This document shows positions 24,923 through 34,996 of a DNA stretch of 64,000 nt, piece after piece. Both the position numbers and the translations under genes were made by a program. The stretch's first letter is position 1, and every line of letters starts with the position of its first letter. Location: positions 19,012-83,011 of the forward strand of contig JAFVNW010000043.1 of NCBI GenBank assembly GCA_017506175.1, given 5' to 3'. Below the pieces are notes generated by a model. It saw only the letters and a program-made list of their open reading frames with translations, ran no database searches and was not told the DNA's origin. This stretch comes from Bacteroidales bacterium. GTDB taxonomy: Bacteria > Bacteroidota > Bacteroidia > Bacteroidales > WCHB1-69.

Positions 24923-27063
24923 TGAATAATTGTTTGAAAATGAGTAAATTACAATATGTTATTATAGCTCTTGCCACTTTTGTCATCTCTATTCCCTCCC
25001 TTCAGGCACAGGAGGTCTTGACAGGCTTGACCACCAACAAGCAGATTGCGCGGGAAGCTTCAAAGCCGAGGCCGATGTTGACGCGTACTGCCGTTCAACT
25101 TCCTTTTGTGGATGATTTCTCTAACTATACCGGGTTCCCAAACCCTGCTTTATGGTGCGACCGTTCTGCGTATGTCAATCGTTCCTTCGCCCTCCAGCCC
25201 CCGACGATGGGTGTAGTGACGTTGGATGCGCTGGATGAAAATGGCCGCGTGTATGCTTATGCCGACCGTGAGGGCTTTCGCGCCGATGCACTGACTTCCC
25301 AGCCTGTCCGTATGGACTACAATTTCACCCTCAATCGTCAGATGCGCCTTTCCGATTCCCTCTATTTCAGCTTCTATTACCAACCCGCGGGTGGCACGAT
25401 GTCCGGTTTGGAGTGGGAACGTCTTGGAAACCAGCCGGAAGGGCAGGACTCCCTGGTTCTGGAATTCGGCTATGCTACTGGAAATATCATTTTCCTCGGT
25501 TATGATTTTTGTGAATACATCCTTGGCGAGAATGAACTGTATGTTGCGGGCGACACCCTTCAGAACCCCTTTCTGCCAGGCAATATTTACATTTTCGAGA
25601 CCGGCGGTTTCCCAGGCGACGTCATTTCCTTGCCGTGCGACTCCATTATGGGCGATGAAATGTACTGGGAACACATTTGGAGCTCGCGGGGCGAGTCTTT
25701 GGACAGCTGGCTGACGGAAAATCCGCTGCAGTATTTCAAGCAGGTGATGATCCCGATTACCGATTCCCGTTGGCTGATCCCGAATTTCCAGTTCCGCTTC
25801 CGCAATATCGCTAGTCTGGAGGACAACAACATCGTAGGTTGGGCCAGCAATGTGGACCAATGGAACGTGGATTATGTCCGTCTTGACGCAAACCGCTCGC
25901 AATCAGATGTTTATCCCAATGATGTGGCTTTTGTCATGCCCACGACATCCATCTTGAAAAATTATCAGGCCATGCCCTGGTCGCAGTACAGAGACAGCGA
26001 TTTGGACGATGCTTTTCAAAATGCACTGGTCAATCTTTCCAATAATACCAAAAACACATCCTATACATATAATATTGTGAAGCAGGGCGGTGGTCAGGTT
26101 GCCACCTATACGCCCAACAACGAGAATGCGCTTCCTTATTGGGACAATGGTTTGCACAACGTGCCCGCTCACGTTTCGCCTGCCTTCACCTTTAATTCGT
26201 TGCCGTACGACACTTCCGATAGTGCCACTTTTGTGGTGACACACGTTTTCCAGGAGGTCGGTACCAGCGATCAGCGCCGCTGCAACGACACTTGCGTCTT
26301 TCTTCAGAAATTCGATAACTACTATGCGTATGATGACGGGACGGCAGAGGCTGGCTACTCTATCCTCTCTACGATGACTTACCCTGCTTCCTATTTTGCG
26401 ATGCGCTTTACGTTGGCTCAACCCGATACCCTGCGTGCCATTAGGATGTGGTTCAATTCCGTTTTGGAGGATGCCAATGTGGACGATTTCAGCCTGATGG
26501 TTTGGAATGCCAATGGCACGCTGCCTGGTGATGTCTTGTATGAGCAGCCGTCGCAATATCCCGCCCATGCCGATCGATTCGAGGATTTCATCGAATACCG
26601 TCTGGATGAACCGCTGGAATTGAGCGGCACTTTCTTTGTCGGTTTTTATCAGGACAATGCCACCCAGTTGAACATCGGCTTTGATCAGAATACGGATTCC
26701 CGCGCATTTTTCGTGTATAAAACCGCCGACAGCTGGCGCGAGTCTTTCCTCAAGGGTACGCCGATGATTCGCCCCGTGGTGGGCAAGCCGCTGCCGGATA
26801 TCGTCTCTGTAAATGAACAGGTCGCATTTGAATTTTCCTTGTATCCGAATCCTGCGGAGGCCACCTTGCATGTGGTGGCACCGGAAAATGAACGCATCAC
26901 CTCCTACAAGATTTTTGATTCTTATGGAAAAATGATTTCGCAACAATCCGTCAATGGATCATTGGTTACGATTAATACCTCTCGTCTTGCGCCTGGAATG
27001 TACCTGCTGCAGGTCTGCGACGATAACCATCGTTTTTCCACGCAAAAATTCATTAAGAAGTAG
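24922..27063 (+). CDS. Secreted protein of unknown function with a T9SS type A CTD
   Basis: Signal peptide ...ALATFVISIPSLQAQ. C-terminus FSLYPNPAEATLHVV...GMYLLQVCDD...QKFIKK. The start overlaps the PASTA stop (TAATG). An alternative start lies at 24940. Confidence 0.7.
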   Translation: MNNCLKMSKLQYVIIALATFVISIPSLQAQEVLTGLTTNKQIAREASKPRPMLTRTAVQLPFVDDFSNYTGFPNPALWCDRSAYVNRSFALQPPTMGVVTLDALDENGRVYAYADREGFRADALTSQPVRMDYNFTLNRQMRLSDSLYFSFYYQPAGGTMSGLEWERLGNQPEGQDSLVLEFGYATGNIIFLGYDFCEYILGENELYVAGDTLQNPFLPGNIYIFETGGFPGDVISLPCDSIMGDEMYWEHIWSSRGESLDSWLTENPLQYFKQVMIPITDSRWLIPNFQFRFRNIASLEDNNIVGWASNVDQWNVDYVRLDANRSQSDVYPNDVAFVMPTTSILKNYQAMPWSQYRDSDLDDAFQNALVNLSNNTKNTSYTYNIVKQGGGQVATYTPNNENALPYWDNGLHNVPAHVSPAFTFNSLPYDTSDSATFVVTHVFQEVGTSDQRRCNDTCVFLQKFDNYYAYDDGTAEAGYSILSTMTYPASYFAMRFTLAQPDTLRAIRMWFNSVLEDANVDDFSLMVWNANGTLPGDVLYEQPSQYPAHADRFEDFIEYRLDEPLELSGTFFVGFYQDNATQLNIGFDQNTDSRAFFVYKTADSWRESFLKGTPMIRPVVGKPLPDIVSVNEQVAFEFSLYPNPAEATLHVVAPENERITSYKIFDSYGKMISQQSVNGSLVTINTSRLAPGMYLLQVCDDNHRFSTQKFIKK

Positions 27064-27070
27064 CACATTT

Positions 27071-29404
27071 ATGAAAAAAACATTTTTGATTATTGTAAAC
27101 CTATTGGTTTTCAATGCAATAGCTTATTGTTGTGATACGACTAAATTAGACAAGTCTGCTTGGCAACTTCTTTATGTGGATAGTCAGGAACTGACGGGTG
27201 AAGGGGAGAACAATGGTCATGCCATCCATTGTTTTGACAACGACTCCACCACCTTTTGGCATACGCAATGGCAGAATGCAACTTCATCCTATCCGCATGA
27301 GATTTGGATTGACTTGGGGGATACTTTTGCCATCAACGGATTCGGTTTTCTGACGCGTGCAGGCAACAAGAATGGCCGCCTTCTGGATTACGAGTTCTAT
27401 GTCAGCAACGACACGACTGACTGGGGCGCGCCTCAGTCCATGGGCTCTTTGGTCTATCCCGCCCCCAACAGCAGCGAGCAGCAGTATGCTCAAGCCTTCT
27501 TCGGTGCGGTCAGGGGACGCTATGTGCGCTTGGTTGGGTTGAATGCCCTGAATAACAACAACCACGTGATGTGCGCCGAGCTGGATGTCTATGCCGACAC
27601 CGTGTGTGCGCCTACAGGACAGAACAACCAAGTGATATACGTGGATCCCATTCCGCGCCAGCTCTCAACCAATCCCCCCATTACTGTTCATGCCCACGCC
27701 TCCTCGTCTCTGCCCTTGCTCTACGAGGTGGTCTCCGGTCCCGCAGTCGCTACCGATAGCGTGCTCACCTTGACTGGACAGGGTGGCATGGTGCAAGTGC
27801 GCATCAGTCAGCAAGGGGATTCCACCTACTATCCAATTGAGGATTTCATCTCTTTCGAGGTTGTCAACCTGAATGACTATTATCCTGTTGTAACTCCAAA
27901 ATTTACAGCGACTTATCCTATTGAAATGTCGCGTCCGATGCCCTATCTTCTGCATGCAAGCACCTCCATCGACGAAAGTGAATACCTCTCTGTATCTTCC
28001 GTCCGGTATGTGGTGGATGGCACTGTGGTGGAGGCCACAAACGTGAATGGCGACTATCAATACTGGTGGACGCCGAGCGGTATGGGAACGCATGAAATCC
28101 AGGTCATCGCAACGGGTTCCAATGGAAACTCTACGACTGAAAGCGTGCTGGTGGAGGTGACGGAGCAGGCTCAGTCGCAGGTCGTGTTGACTCTTGACAG
28201 CGCGGTCATCGACTATGGTAGCATCGGTTCACAGTGGTATTATGGCACATATGAATTGCCTCAGTTCGTGGATGTTTACAATCAAATCAATGCAACGCTT
28301 TACGTGACCTGTCCGCCCGTTTCAGGCGGCTGCGACGACTGGGACCGTTTGGCATGGATACAGGTGAAGAATCCACAAGGACAGTGGGTGGAGATCATCC
28401 GTTATGTTACCCCTTACGGTAAGGGTTGCACGCACCATTTGGAAGTTACGGATTTTGCATCGCTGCTGCAAGGTCGTGTTGAGATGAGAATGTACATTGA
28501 GACGTGGGGAACCGGCGGATGGCAGATGGATTTGGAGTTTGAATATGTGGCAGGTGCCCCCGAATATCCTTACTCGCATGTAGAGGAGGTGTGGCAGGGG
28601 ACGTACAACTTCGGAGATCCTGCCAATTTGCAACCTGTTGACACTGCTGTCGTCGGCATTTTCGACGATGTGCAAGCCGCGAAGTTGCGCCTCGTGACCA
28701 CTGGGCACGGCTGGGGGGACAACAACACAGGCAACGCCGCTGAGTTTTATCATGCCATCCATCATCTTCAAGTCAATGGGGAAGATACTTATACGCAGGA
28801 TCTGTGGACCGACTGCTATCCCAATCCCGATGGCTGCCAGCCGCAGAGCGGAACCTATCAGTACGACCGTGCCGGGTGGTGCCCCGGTGTGATTGCCCAA
28901 CCCTATGTTTACGACATCTCTGACCAACTTTGGCGGACACCCTTTGCACTCAGCTACATCTTTCAGCCAACTTATTGGGATCAGTGCCATCCGCATAATC
29001 CCGACTGCGTCAGCGGGCAGACCTGTCAGGATTGCAATGCCGGTTACAACCCCCACTATCGCGTCTCCTGCTACTTGATCCGCTTCAGCAACAATCCTCT
29101 TGAAGATGAGGTCGGCATTCCGAATCGTCCCATGCACAATGCTTCTCAAATCATTGATTTCGAGCTCTATCCGAATCCTTGCCACGGCAAGTTCCGTATG
29201 AAGGTGAAGGAGAATGTTTCGAATCTCACTTGTGCAATTTTGGATATGGATGGCAAAACATTGCGCACCTACTATTTCTCCGATGAAGAGGAGGCCAATG
29301 CCTATCTTTTCGACCTCTCATCCCTCAGCCAAGGCACCTATTTCGTGCAAATCTATACCACGAAGGGTGCAAATGCGCACAAGTTGATTTTGCAGAAAAA
29401 ATAA
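27071..29404 (+). CDS. Discoidin (F5/8 type C) domain plus a PNGase F-like peptide-N-glycosidase domain, with a T9SS type A CTD
   Basis: Start reset to MKKTFLII. Discoidin block ...FWHTQW...YPHEIWIDLG. PNGase F-like blocks CDDWDRLAWIQVKNPQGQWVEIIRYVTPYG, EVTDFASLLQG..EMRMYIETW and DRAGWCPG. CTD LYPNPCHGKF...GTYFVQIYT. Confidence 0.8.
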   Translation: MKKTFLIIVNLLVFNAIAYCCDTTKLDKSAWQLLYVDSQELTGEGENNGHAIHCFDNDSTTFWHTQWQNATSSYPHEIWIDLGDTFAINGFGFLTRAGNKNGRLLDYEFYVSNDTTDWGAPQSMGSLVYPAPNSSEQQYAQAFFGAVRGRYVRLVGLNALNNNNHVMCAELDVYADTVCAPTGQNNQVIYVDPIPRQLSTNPPITVHAHASSSLPLLYEVVSGPAVATDSVLTLTGQGGMVQVRISQQGDSTYYPIEDFISFEVVNLNDYYPVVTPKFTATYPIEMSRPMPYLLHASTSIDESEYLSVSSVRYVVDGTVVEATNVNGDYQYWWTPSGMGTHEIQVIATGSNGNSTTESVLVEVTEQAQSQVVLTLDSAVIDYGSIGSQWYYGTYELPQFVDVYNQINATLYVTCPPVSGGCDDWDRLAWIQVKNPQGQWVEIIRYVTPYGKGCTHHLEVTDFASLLQGRVEMRMYIETWGTGGWQMDLEFEYVAGAPEYPYSHVEEVWQGTYNFGDPANLQPVDTAVVGIFDDVQAAKLRLVTTGHGWGDNNTGNAAEFYHAIHHLQVNGEDTYTQDLWTDCYPNPDGCQPQSGTYQYDRAGWCPGVIAQPYVYDISDQLWRTPFALSYIFQPTYWDQCHPHNPDCVSGQTCQDCNAGYNPHYRVSCYLIRFSNNPLEDEVGIPNRPMHNASQIIDFELYPNPCHGKFRMKVKENVSNLTCAILDMDGKTLRTYYFSDEEEANAYLFDLSSLSQGTYFVQIYTTKGANAHKLILQKK

Positions 29405-29430
29405 AAAATGCCTTTAGACGTTATTAAACC

Positions 29431-31452
29431 GTGAAAAAAATTATTGGTTTCATTGGTTTATGCTTAAGTTTCACAGCTGCGTTCGCTCTTAATGCGCCGC
29501 AGCTGCGTTGTTTGAGCGTGAATGATGCTGGCGAGGTGACACTCTCGTGGATGGCTTCAACCGAACCTTCAGGTTTTTTACGCTACGAAATCTATTACAC
29601 CACCGACTTGGCTGTCCCCTTTACTTTAGTCGGGCAAGTGCCGAACCTGGCTGCAACCACATCCTATACCCATATTGCGGCTGACGCGTTGAATAATGCC
29701 CAGTGCTTCTACTATGTGGCTGCTTGTTCCGCGACCGAATGCTACAGCTCGGATACTCTCTCTACCATTGAATTCTATCTGGCCAATTTGGGAAATGGAC
29801 TGGCCATTTTGGACTGGTCGCCGCCCATTAATCCGCCATTGGCGACTTATTTAGCTGATTATCAGATTGATAGAAATCTCTTCGGTACGTGGAGTACATT
29901 GGCAACTTCTAACCAATTGAATTATCGTGATACCATTGACATTTGCGAGGCCTCGTTGGGTTACCGTGTTCAGTTGGCGGATGCCTCCGGCTGCCGGAAT
30001 GTATCCCGTCCTCTGAGTGATGTCTTTTCGGATCTCTCTGCGCCCGATATCCCTCAGTTGGACAGTGTTTCCGTGGATTTTACGAATTCCCGGATTCGGC
30101 TGGGCTGGGAGCATTCGTTTGCGGAGGATGTCTCAGCCTACATCATTTACCATTTTGAAGGCGGACTTTGGGTCCCCTTGGACACTGTTTTCGGGATGAA
30201 CAATACGACTTGGGTGGATGCGGTGAACGGTGCCGATGCGGTGCAGCAGTACCGAATTGCCGCATTGGATAGTTGCTTGAATTCCAGCCCGATGAGTGAA
30301 GCGCAACACAATATCCGCGTCACCTCCACCCACGACCTTTGTAGGCGCGAGGCGACCTTGACTTGGGAGGAGTACGAGAATATGCCGATGGAGGTGGAAT
30401 CGTATCGTGTTTTTTATTCCGAAAATGGCGGCCCCCTCATCTTGGCAGGTGAAACGGAGGGAGACGTGCGCACGTTCACCTTGCAGAATCTTGTCCCGCA
30501 AAGCCTTTATCGCTGTGTCATTCAGGCGGTTAACTATGGAGGAAACGTCACGGCGACCTCCACTAAATGTGAATTCCTTTTCAATTCCGATGATAACCAG
30601 GACTTTTGTTACATCCGTTATGTGACCGTCGTTGATAATGCTAAAATAGAAATCAAGGTTTCAACGGGTACCACTGTCAGTTTCTCCAAAGTTCACCTGT
30701 ACCGAAGTGCGGGCGATGACCAGCATTTCGTGCATTATGCCGTGCAGACCAATGACGGTACGGATACCTACGTGTTTGAAGACGACGCTGTTCAAGTGGA
30801 TAAATTCTACTATTATTATCGTGCGACGGTTGAAAACGACTGTGATGTTGAGTCGGCGCAGTCGAATGTGGCGCACAATATCATCTTGCGTGGCGAGGTT
30901 GACAATGAGGAACGGCAGAATTTGCTGGAGTGGGACACCTACGATGGCTGGAATGGGGGTGTTGCCGGCTATTCCGTCTATCGCCAGTTGGAATCAACCG
31001 CTTCATTCGACCCCGTCACCCTGACACTCAATGCCAATAACTATCAGGATGATGTGACTTCGCATCGGCGCGATGGTGAAAACTTTACCTACTTTGTTGA
31101 GGCGGAGGAGTCGGCCGGCGATCTTGGCTTTATGGAGAAGAGCCGCTCCAATACGATTGAGCTGAAGCAACTCCCACAAACGTACATTCCCAACGCCTTT
31201 TGTCCGCGTGCCGGCGGTCCGAATTCGGTGTTCAAGCCCGTCAATTCCTATGTGACGATGGAGAATTACAATATGTGGATTTATTCCCGTGAAGGAACGC
31301 TCGTTTTCCATACTACCGACCCCAACCTTGGTTGGAACGGCGGCTACAACGGTAATCTCTTGCCAACGGCTTGTTATGTGTATAAAATCTCCTACACCTA
31401 CGGCACTGACGGTGAATTTGAGGCGAGCGGTACGGTGACGCTGATCAGGTAG
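29431..31452 (+). CDS. Fn3-repeat surface protein with a T9SS type B (gliding-motility-associated, CHU_C-like) C-terminal domain
   Basis: GTG start with a signal peptide. C-terminus IPNAFCPRAGGPNSVFKP...WIYSREGTLVFHT.....GWNG......LP...YVYKI.Y is typical of the type B CTD. Confidence 0.75.
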   Translation: MKKIIGFIGLCLSFTAAFALNAPQLRCLSVNDAGEVTLSWMASTEPSGFLRYEIYYTTDLAVPFTLVGQVPNLAATTSYTHIAADALNNAQCFYYVAACSATECYSSDTLSTIEFYLANLGNGLAILDWSPPINPPLATYLADYQIDRNLFGTWSTLATSNQLNYRDTIDICEASLGYRVQLADASGCRNVSRPLSDVFSDLSAPDIPQLDSVSVDFTNSRIRLGWEHSFAEDVSAYIIYHFEGGLWVPLDTVFGMNNTTWVDAVNGADAVQQYRIAALDSCLNSSPMSEAQHNIRVTSTHDLCRREATLTWEEYENMPMEVESYRVFYSENGGPLILAGETEGDVRTFTLQNLVPQSLYRCVIQAVNYGGNVTATSTKCEFLFNSDDNQDFCYIRYVTVVDNAKIEIKVSTGTTVSFSKVHLYRSAGDDQHFVHYAVQTNDGTDTYVFEDDAVQVDKFYYYYRATVENDCDVESAQSNVAHNIILRGEVDNEERQNLLEWDTYDGWNGGVAGYSVYRQLESTASFDPVTLTLNANNYQDDVTSHRRDGENFTYFVEAEESAGDLGFMEKSRSNTIELKQLPQTYIPNAFCPRAGGPNSVFKPVNSYVTMENYNMWIYSREGTLVFHTTDPNLGWNGGYNGNLLPTACYVYKISYTYGTDGEFEASGTVTLIR

Positions 31453-31455
31453 GTT

Positions 31456-32079
31456 TTATTCCTCCGAATAATTCACATCGAACAGCGACGGCTGTAGTCT
31501 TTTCAAGTGGAAACTTTTGCGGTGATAAGGCGAAAAACCATATTGAATCACCGCGTCCTGATGCTCCTTCGTGGGGTAGCCCATGTTCTTTTTCCATTGA
31601 TACACAGGATATTCAGCGTCTAATTTCATCATAAATTCATCGCGGTAGGTCTTCGCTAAAATAGAAGCTGCCGCAATGTTCAGATAGGTGGCGTCGCCTT
31701 TGATGACGCACTTGAAGGGGATGTCTGTTTGATTGTGGAAATGATTCCCGTCGATGAGCAGAAACTGCGGCTTGAGAGCAAGCTGTTTGACGGCGCGGTT
31801 CATGGCAGTGAGCGATGCTTCCAGGATATTGAGACTGTCAATTTCTTTTTCCGAAACGAATGAGACCGCGTATGCGAGTGCATCTCTCTCAATAATAGAG
31901 CGCAACTCTTCCCGAGCTTTCCTGCTTAATTGCTTGGAATCATTGATTTTTTCATTCTGATAGTCAGCGGGAAAGATGACCGCCGCCGCTACAACTGGGC
32001 CTGCTAGGCAACCGCGTCCAGCCTCGTCGCACCCGCACTCGATAATGCTTTGGTCTGATGAAAAATGCTGCTTCAACAT
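31456..32079 (-). CDS. rnhB: Ribonuclease HII
   Basis: Blocks CGCDEAGRGCLAGPVVAAAVI, DSK.L and ASILAK. Start reset to MLKQHF at 32079. The track N-extension is Arg/His-rich and overlaps folB. Confidence 0.85.
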   Translation of the reverse strand: MLKQHFSSDQSIIECGCDEAGRGCLAGPVVAAAVIFPADYQNEKINDSKQLSRKAREELRSIIERDALAYAVSFVSEKEIDSLNILEASLTAMNRAVKQLALKPQFLLIDGNHFHNQTDIPFKCVIKGDATYLNIAAASILAKTYRDEFMMKLDAEYPVYQWKKNMGYPTKEHQDAVIQYGFSPYHRKSFHLKRLQPSLFDVNYSEE

Positions 32080-32105
32080 AACCAAATGGGGTTTGCGGTC
32101 TGCTA

Positions 32106-32465
32106 TCAGCTGTTTAAAACAACGGTGACGGCTTTGATTTTGCCGCCTACGGAGAGCATCGGGTTGAGTTTGGAGATGGATACGGTGACTTGTTCTATGG
32201 CGGGGAATCGCTCTTTCAGCGCATTGATGATGCGCAAAGCCATCGTTTCCAGTAGGTTGACGCGCTCTTTCATCAATTCCTTGATGATGCCATAAACAGA
32301 CTGGTAGTTGATGGTTTGCGTCAAATCGTCTTCCGTGGCGGCCTCGTGGATGTCGCAAAGCAACTCCACGTTCACGGAAAAGCGGGTGCCGATGATTTTC
32401 TCTTCATCGAAACAGCCGATGAAGCCGTAAAACTCCATGTCTGAGAGGATGATCTTACTTTTCAT
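32106..32465 (-). CDS. folB: Dihydroneopterin aldolase
   Basis: 119 aa. FYGFIGCFDEEKIIGTRFSVNVEL... resembles FolB. Start reset to MKSKII at 32465, an 11-nt overlap with the typA 3' end. Confidence 0.75.
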   Translation of the reverse strand: MKSKIILSDMEFYGFIGCFDEEKIIGTRFSVNVELLCDIHEAATEDDLTQTINYQSVYGIIKELMKERVNLLETMALRIINALKERFPAIEQVTVSISKLNPMLSVGGKIKAVTVVLNS

Positions 32466-34284
32466 CTGATGCGGCGGCTTCGGCTCTTTGTTTGGCGCGT
32501 TTGCGTTCCAAATCGCTGAGGATGATTTTGCGCACGCGTAGCGATTTCGGGGTGACTTCCAGATACTCATCATTGGCGATGAACTCCATGTATTCTTCCA
32601 AGGAGAGTTTGATTGCCGGTGCGATGTGGATTTTCTCATCGGAGCCGGCGGCGCGCATATTGCTCAGTTTCTTGGCCTTGCAGACGTTCACCACCAGGTC
32701 GTCCTGCCGGATGTGCTCGCCGATGACCTGTCCCTCATAAACCTCGTCGCCGGGTTCAATGAAGAAGGAACCGCGGTCTTGCAGTTTGTCAATTGCGTAC
32801 GGATAGGTTTGGCCAGTTTCCATCGCGATGAGGGCGCCGCAGTGGCGTCCCGGAATCTCACCCTTCCACGGTTGAAAATCAATGAAGCGGTGGGAGAGGA
32901 TGGCCTCGCCGTTGGTGGCGGTGAGCACTTGGTTCCTTAAACCGATGATACCGCGCGAAGGAATCATGAAGTTGAGGTGAACTCGGTCGCCGACGGTGTC
33001 GATGGAGGTTAAGTCGCCCTTTCTTCTTGATACATAATCAATTACCTTGCTCGAAAATTCTTCTGGCACAAGTACGGTGAGTTGCTCAATAGGTTCGCAT
33101 TTCTGTCCGTCAATCTCTTTGATGATTACTTGTGGCTGTCCGACTTGGAGTTCGAAGCCTTCGCGGCGCATGGTCTCTATGAGAATGGAGAGGTGTAGGA
33201 TGCCGCGGCCGAAAACGGTCAGACGGTCGGGGGAGTCAGTCTCTTGGATGCGGAGGGCGAGGTTTTTTTCCAATTCCTTGAAAAGCCGCTCGCGCAAATG
33301 TCTGGAGGTCACGTACTTGCCTTCCCTTCCGAAGAATGGTGAGTTGTTGATGGTGAACAACATACTCATCGTGGGCTCGTCCACTTTGATGGGTGGGAGA
33401 GCTTCCGGATTTTCCGCGTCGGCAATGGTGTCGCCGATGTCAAAGTTGTCGAGGCCGAGTACGGCGCAGATTTCGCCCGGATAGATGGTCTGTTTCATCT
33501 TCTCCTTGCCAAGCCCTTCAAACACATAGAGTTCCTTGATTTTGGAGGGAATGCGGGTGCCGTCTCGTTTCACTAATGTCACGTTTTGGCCCCAGTCTAA
33601 AGTGCCGCGGTGCAGTTTACCGATAGCGATACGACCTACGTAGGAGGAGTAGTCCAATGAGGAAATCATAAGCTGTAGATTACCCTCCTCCACCTTCGGG
33701 TCGGGGATGTACTTGATGATCTGTTCGAGCAGATAGCTGACATCGTTGGTGGGCGTTTTCCAGTCGGGCCCCATCCAGCCTTGTTTGGCAGAACCATAGA
33801 CGGTGGGAAAATCCAGCTGGTCGTCGTTGGCCCCGAGGTTGAACATCAGTTCAAAGACGGCTTCCTGCGTCAGTTCAGGGTCGCAGTTGGGCTTGTCCAC
33901 TTTGTTGATGACCACGATGGGCTTCAAACCGAGTTCAATGGCCTTTTGGCAAACGAAGCGCGTTTGGGGCATCGGTCCTTCTAGGGCGTCCACTATCAGC
34001 AGTACACCATCGGCCATGTTGAGCACGCGTTCCACCTCGCCGCCAAAGTCGCTGTGGCCTGGCGTGTCGATAATGTTAATCTTGTAATCCTTGTAACGGA
34101 TGGAAACATTTTTGGAGAGGATGGTGATGCCTCGCTCACGTTCCAGGTCGTTGTTGTCAAGAAGGAGTTCTTGCTGCTGTTGGTCCTTACGGAAGAGGTT
34201 GCTCTGGTAAAGAAAGCGGTCAACGAGCGTGGTTTTGCCGTGATCGACGTGGGCGATAATTGCTATGTTTTTGATTTTCTGCAC
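32455..34284 (-). CDS. typA: Translational GTPase TypA/BipA
   Basis: Blocks [31 protein letters not shown] and NKVDK, with a BipA-type C-terminal domain. Confidence 0.95.
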   Translation of the reverse strand: MQKIKNIAIIAHVDHGKTTLVDRFLYQSNLFRKDQQQQELLLDNNDLERERGITILSKNVSIRYKDYKINIIDTPGHSDFGGEVERVLNMADGVLLIVDALEGPMPQTRFVCQKAIELGLKPIVVINKVDKPNCDPELTQEAVFELMFNLGANDDQLDFPTVYGSAKQGWMGPDWKTPTNDVSYLLEQIIKYIPDPKVEEGNLQLMISSLDYSSYVGRIAIGKLHRGTLDWGQNVTLVKRDGTRIPSKIKELYVFEGLGKEKMKQTIYPGEICAVLGLDNFDIGDTIADAENPEALPPIKVDEPTMSMLFTINNSPFFGREGKYVTSRHLRERLFKELEKNLALRIQETDSPDRLTVFGRGILHLSILIETMRREGFELQVGQPQVIIKEIDGQKCEPIEQLTVLVPEEFSSKVIDYVSRRKGDLTSIDTVGDRVHLNFMIPSRGIIGLRNQVLTATNGEAILSHRFIDFQPWKGEIPGRHCGALIAMETGQTYPYAIDKLQDRGSFFIEPGDEVYEGQVIGEHIRQDDLVVNVCKAKKLSNMRAAGSDEKIHIAPAIKLSLEEYMEFIANDEYLEVTPKSLRVRKIILSDLERKRAKQRAEAAASDEK

Positions 34285-34319
34285 TTTATAATGAATTAAA
34301 TTCTATTTTTTTAAGGGTG

Positions 34320-34327
34320 CAAAAATA
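34320..34327 (-). promoter_or_regulatory. -7 promoter box (TATTTTTG) for typA
   Basis: The reverse complement of caaaaata lies 36 nt upstream of the start at 34284. Confidence 0.5.
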
Positions 34328-34387
34328 CGAAAAAATGAAAAACGACGTATGATTGACAGCCGATAATGTGATTTTTTTTGCTGCGGC

Positions 34388-34996
34388 TCAGTCGTCTCGG
34401 TTGTCGTGGCAGTCGCAGGTGGAAGTGAATTCGATTTTGGTGTAGGGGAGGAGCTCTTCCATTCGCTCCAACTCGGAATCACGCAGGTCGATTTGTCGTA
34501 AGTCAATGGTCTTCAGTGTGTTTTTTAGATTGCTGATGCTTTCAGGAAGTGCATACAGCGGATTTTCCCATGCATCGATGTAGGTGAGCTCTTGCAGATT
34601 CCCGATGCTTTCGGGCAAGGATTCGATGATGTTTCTGCTGATGACCAGTGTTTTCAAGTGTGTGAGCCGACTGAGAGATTCCGGCAGACGGACGAGGTGG
34701 TTGCCAGAGACGTTCAGATATTCCAAGTTCTGCAATTCTCCGATTCTGCTGTTCAGCACGGCCAATTTGCAGCGTTGCGCATGCAATTCCTGCAGACGGG
34801 TGAGCTGGAAAATCTCCTCTGGAAGAGAATCTCCCTTAAATCTCAATTTCAGGCGATATACTTCGTCTGGATTTTTCAGAGCCTCCTCCAGCGAGGTGAA
34901 AACAGGCTTCTCCTTCAGTTGCGCTTCCGAAAGGCGTTGTGCATTCGTTGTTAATAATGCAAAAACCACTCCTAAAAATGCAATTGCCCGTTTCAT
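34388..34996 (-). CDS. Secreted leucine-rich-repeat (LRR) protein
   Basis: Start reset to MKRAIAFLGVVFALLTTNAQ at 34996. About six LxxLPESIGNLxxLxxL units are visible. Confidence 0.75.
   Translation of the reverse strand: MKRAIAFLGVVFALLTTNAQRLSEAQLKEKPVFTSLEEALKNPDEVYRLKLRFKGDSLPEEIFQLTRLQELHAQRCKLAVLNSRIGELQNLEYLNVSGNHLVRLPESLSRLTHLKTLVISRNIIESLPESIGNLQELTYIDAWENPLYALPESISNLKNTLKTIDLRQIDLRDSELERMEELLPYTKIEFTSTCDCHDNRDD

Noticed and set aside
31456-32358. Long N-terminal extensions in track ORFs: rnhB at 32358, folB at 32639, LRR at 35338, aroE at 51777, PNGase-like at 26954, FAD enzyme at 17677, dGTPase-like at 45750 and esterase at 41143
   Set aside because: The extensions overlap the preceding gene, are compositionally odd (Arg/His/Pro-rich) and lack homology-like motifs. 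Internal ATGs give canonical N-termini, signal peptides or TAATG-type coupling.
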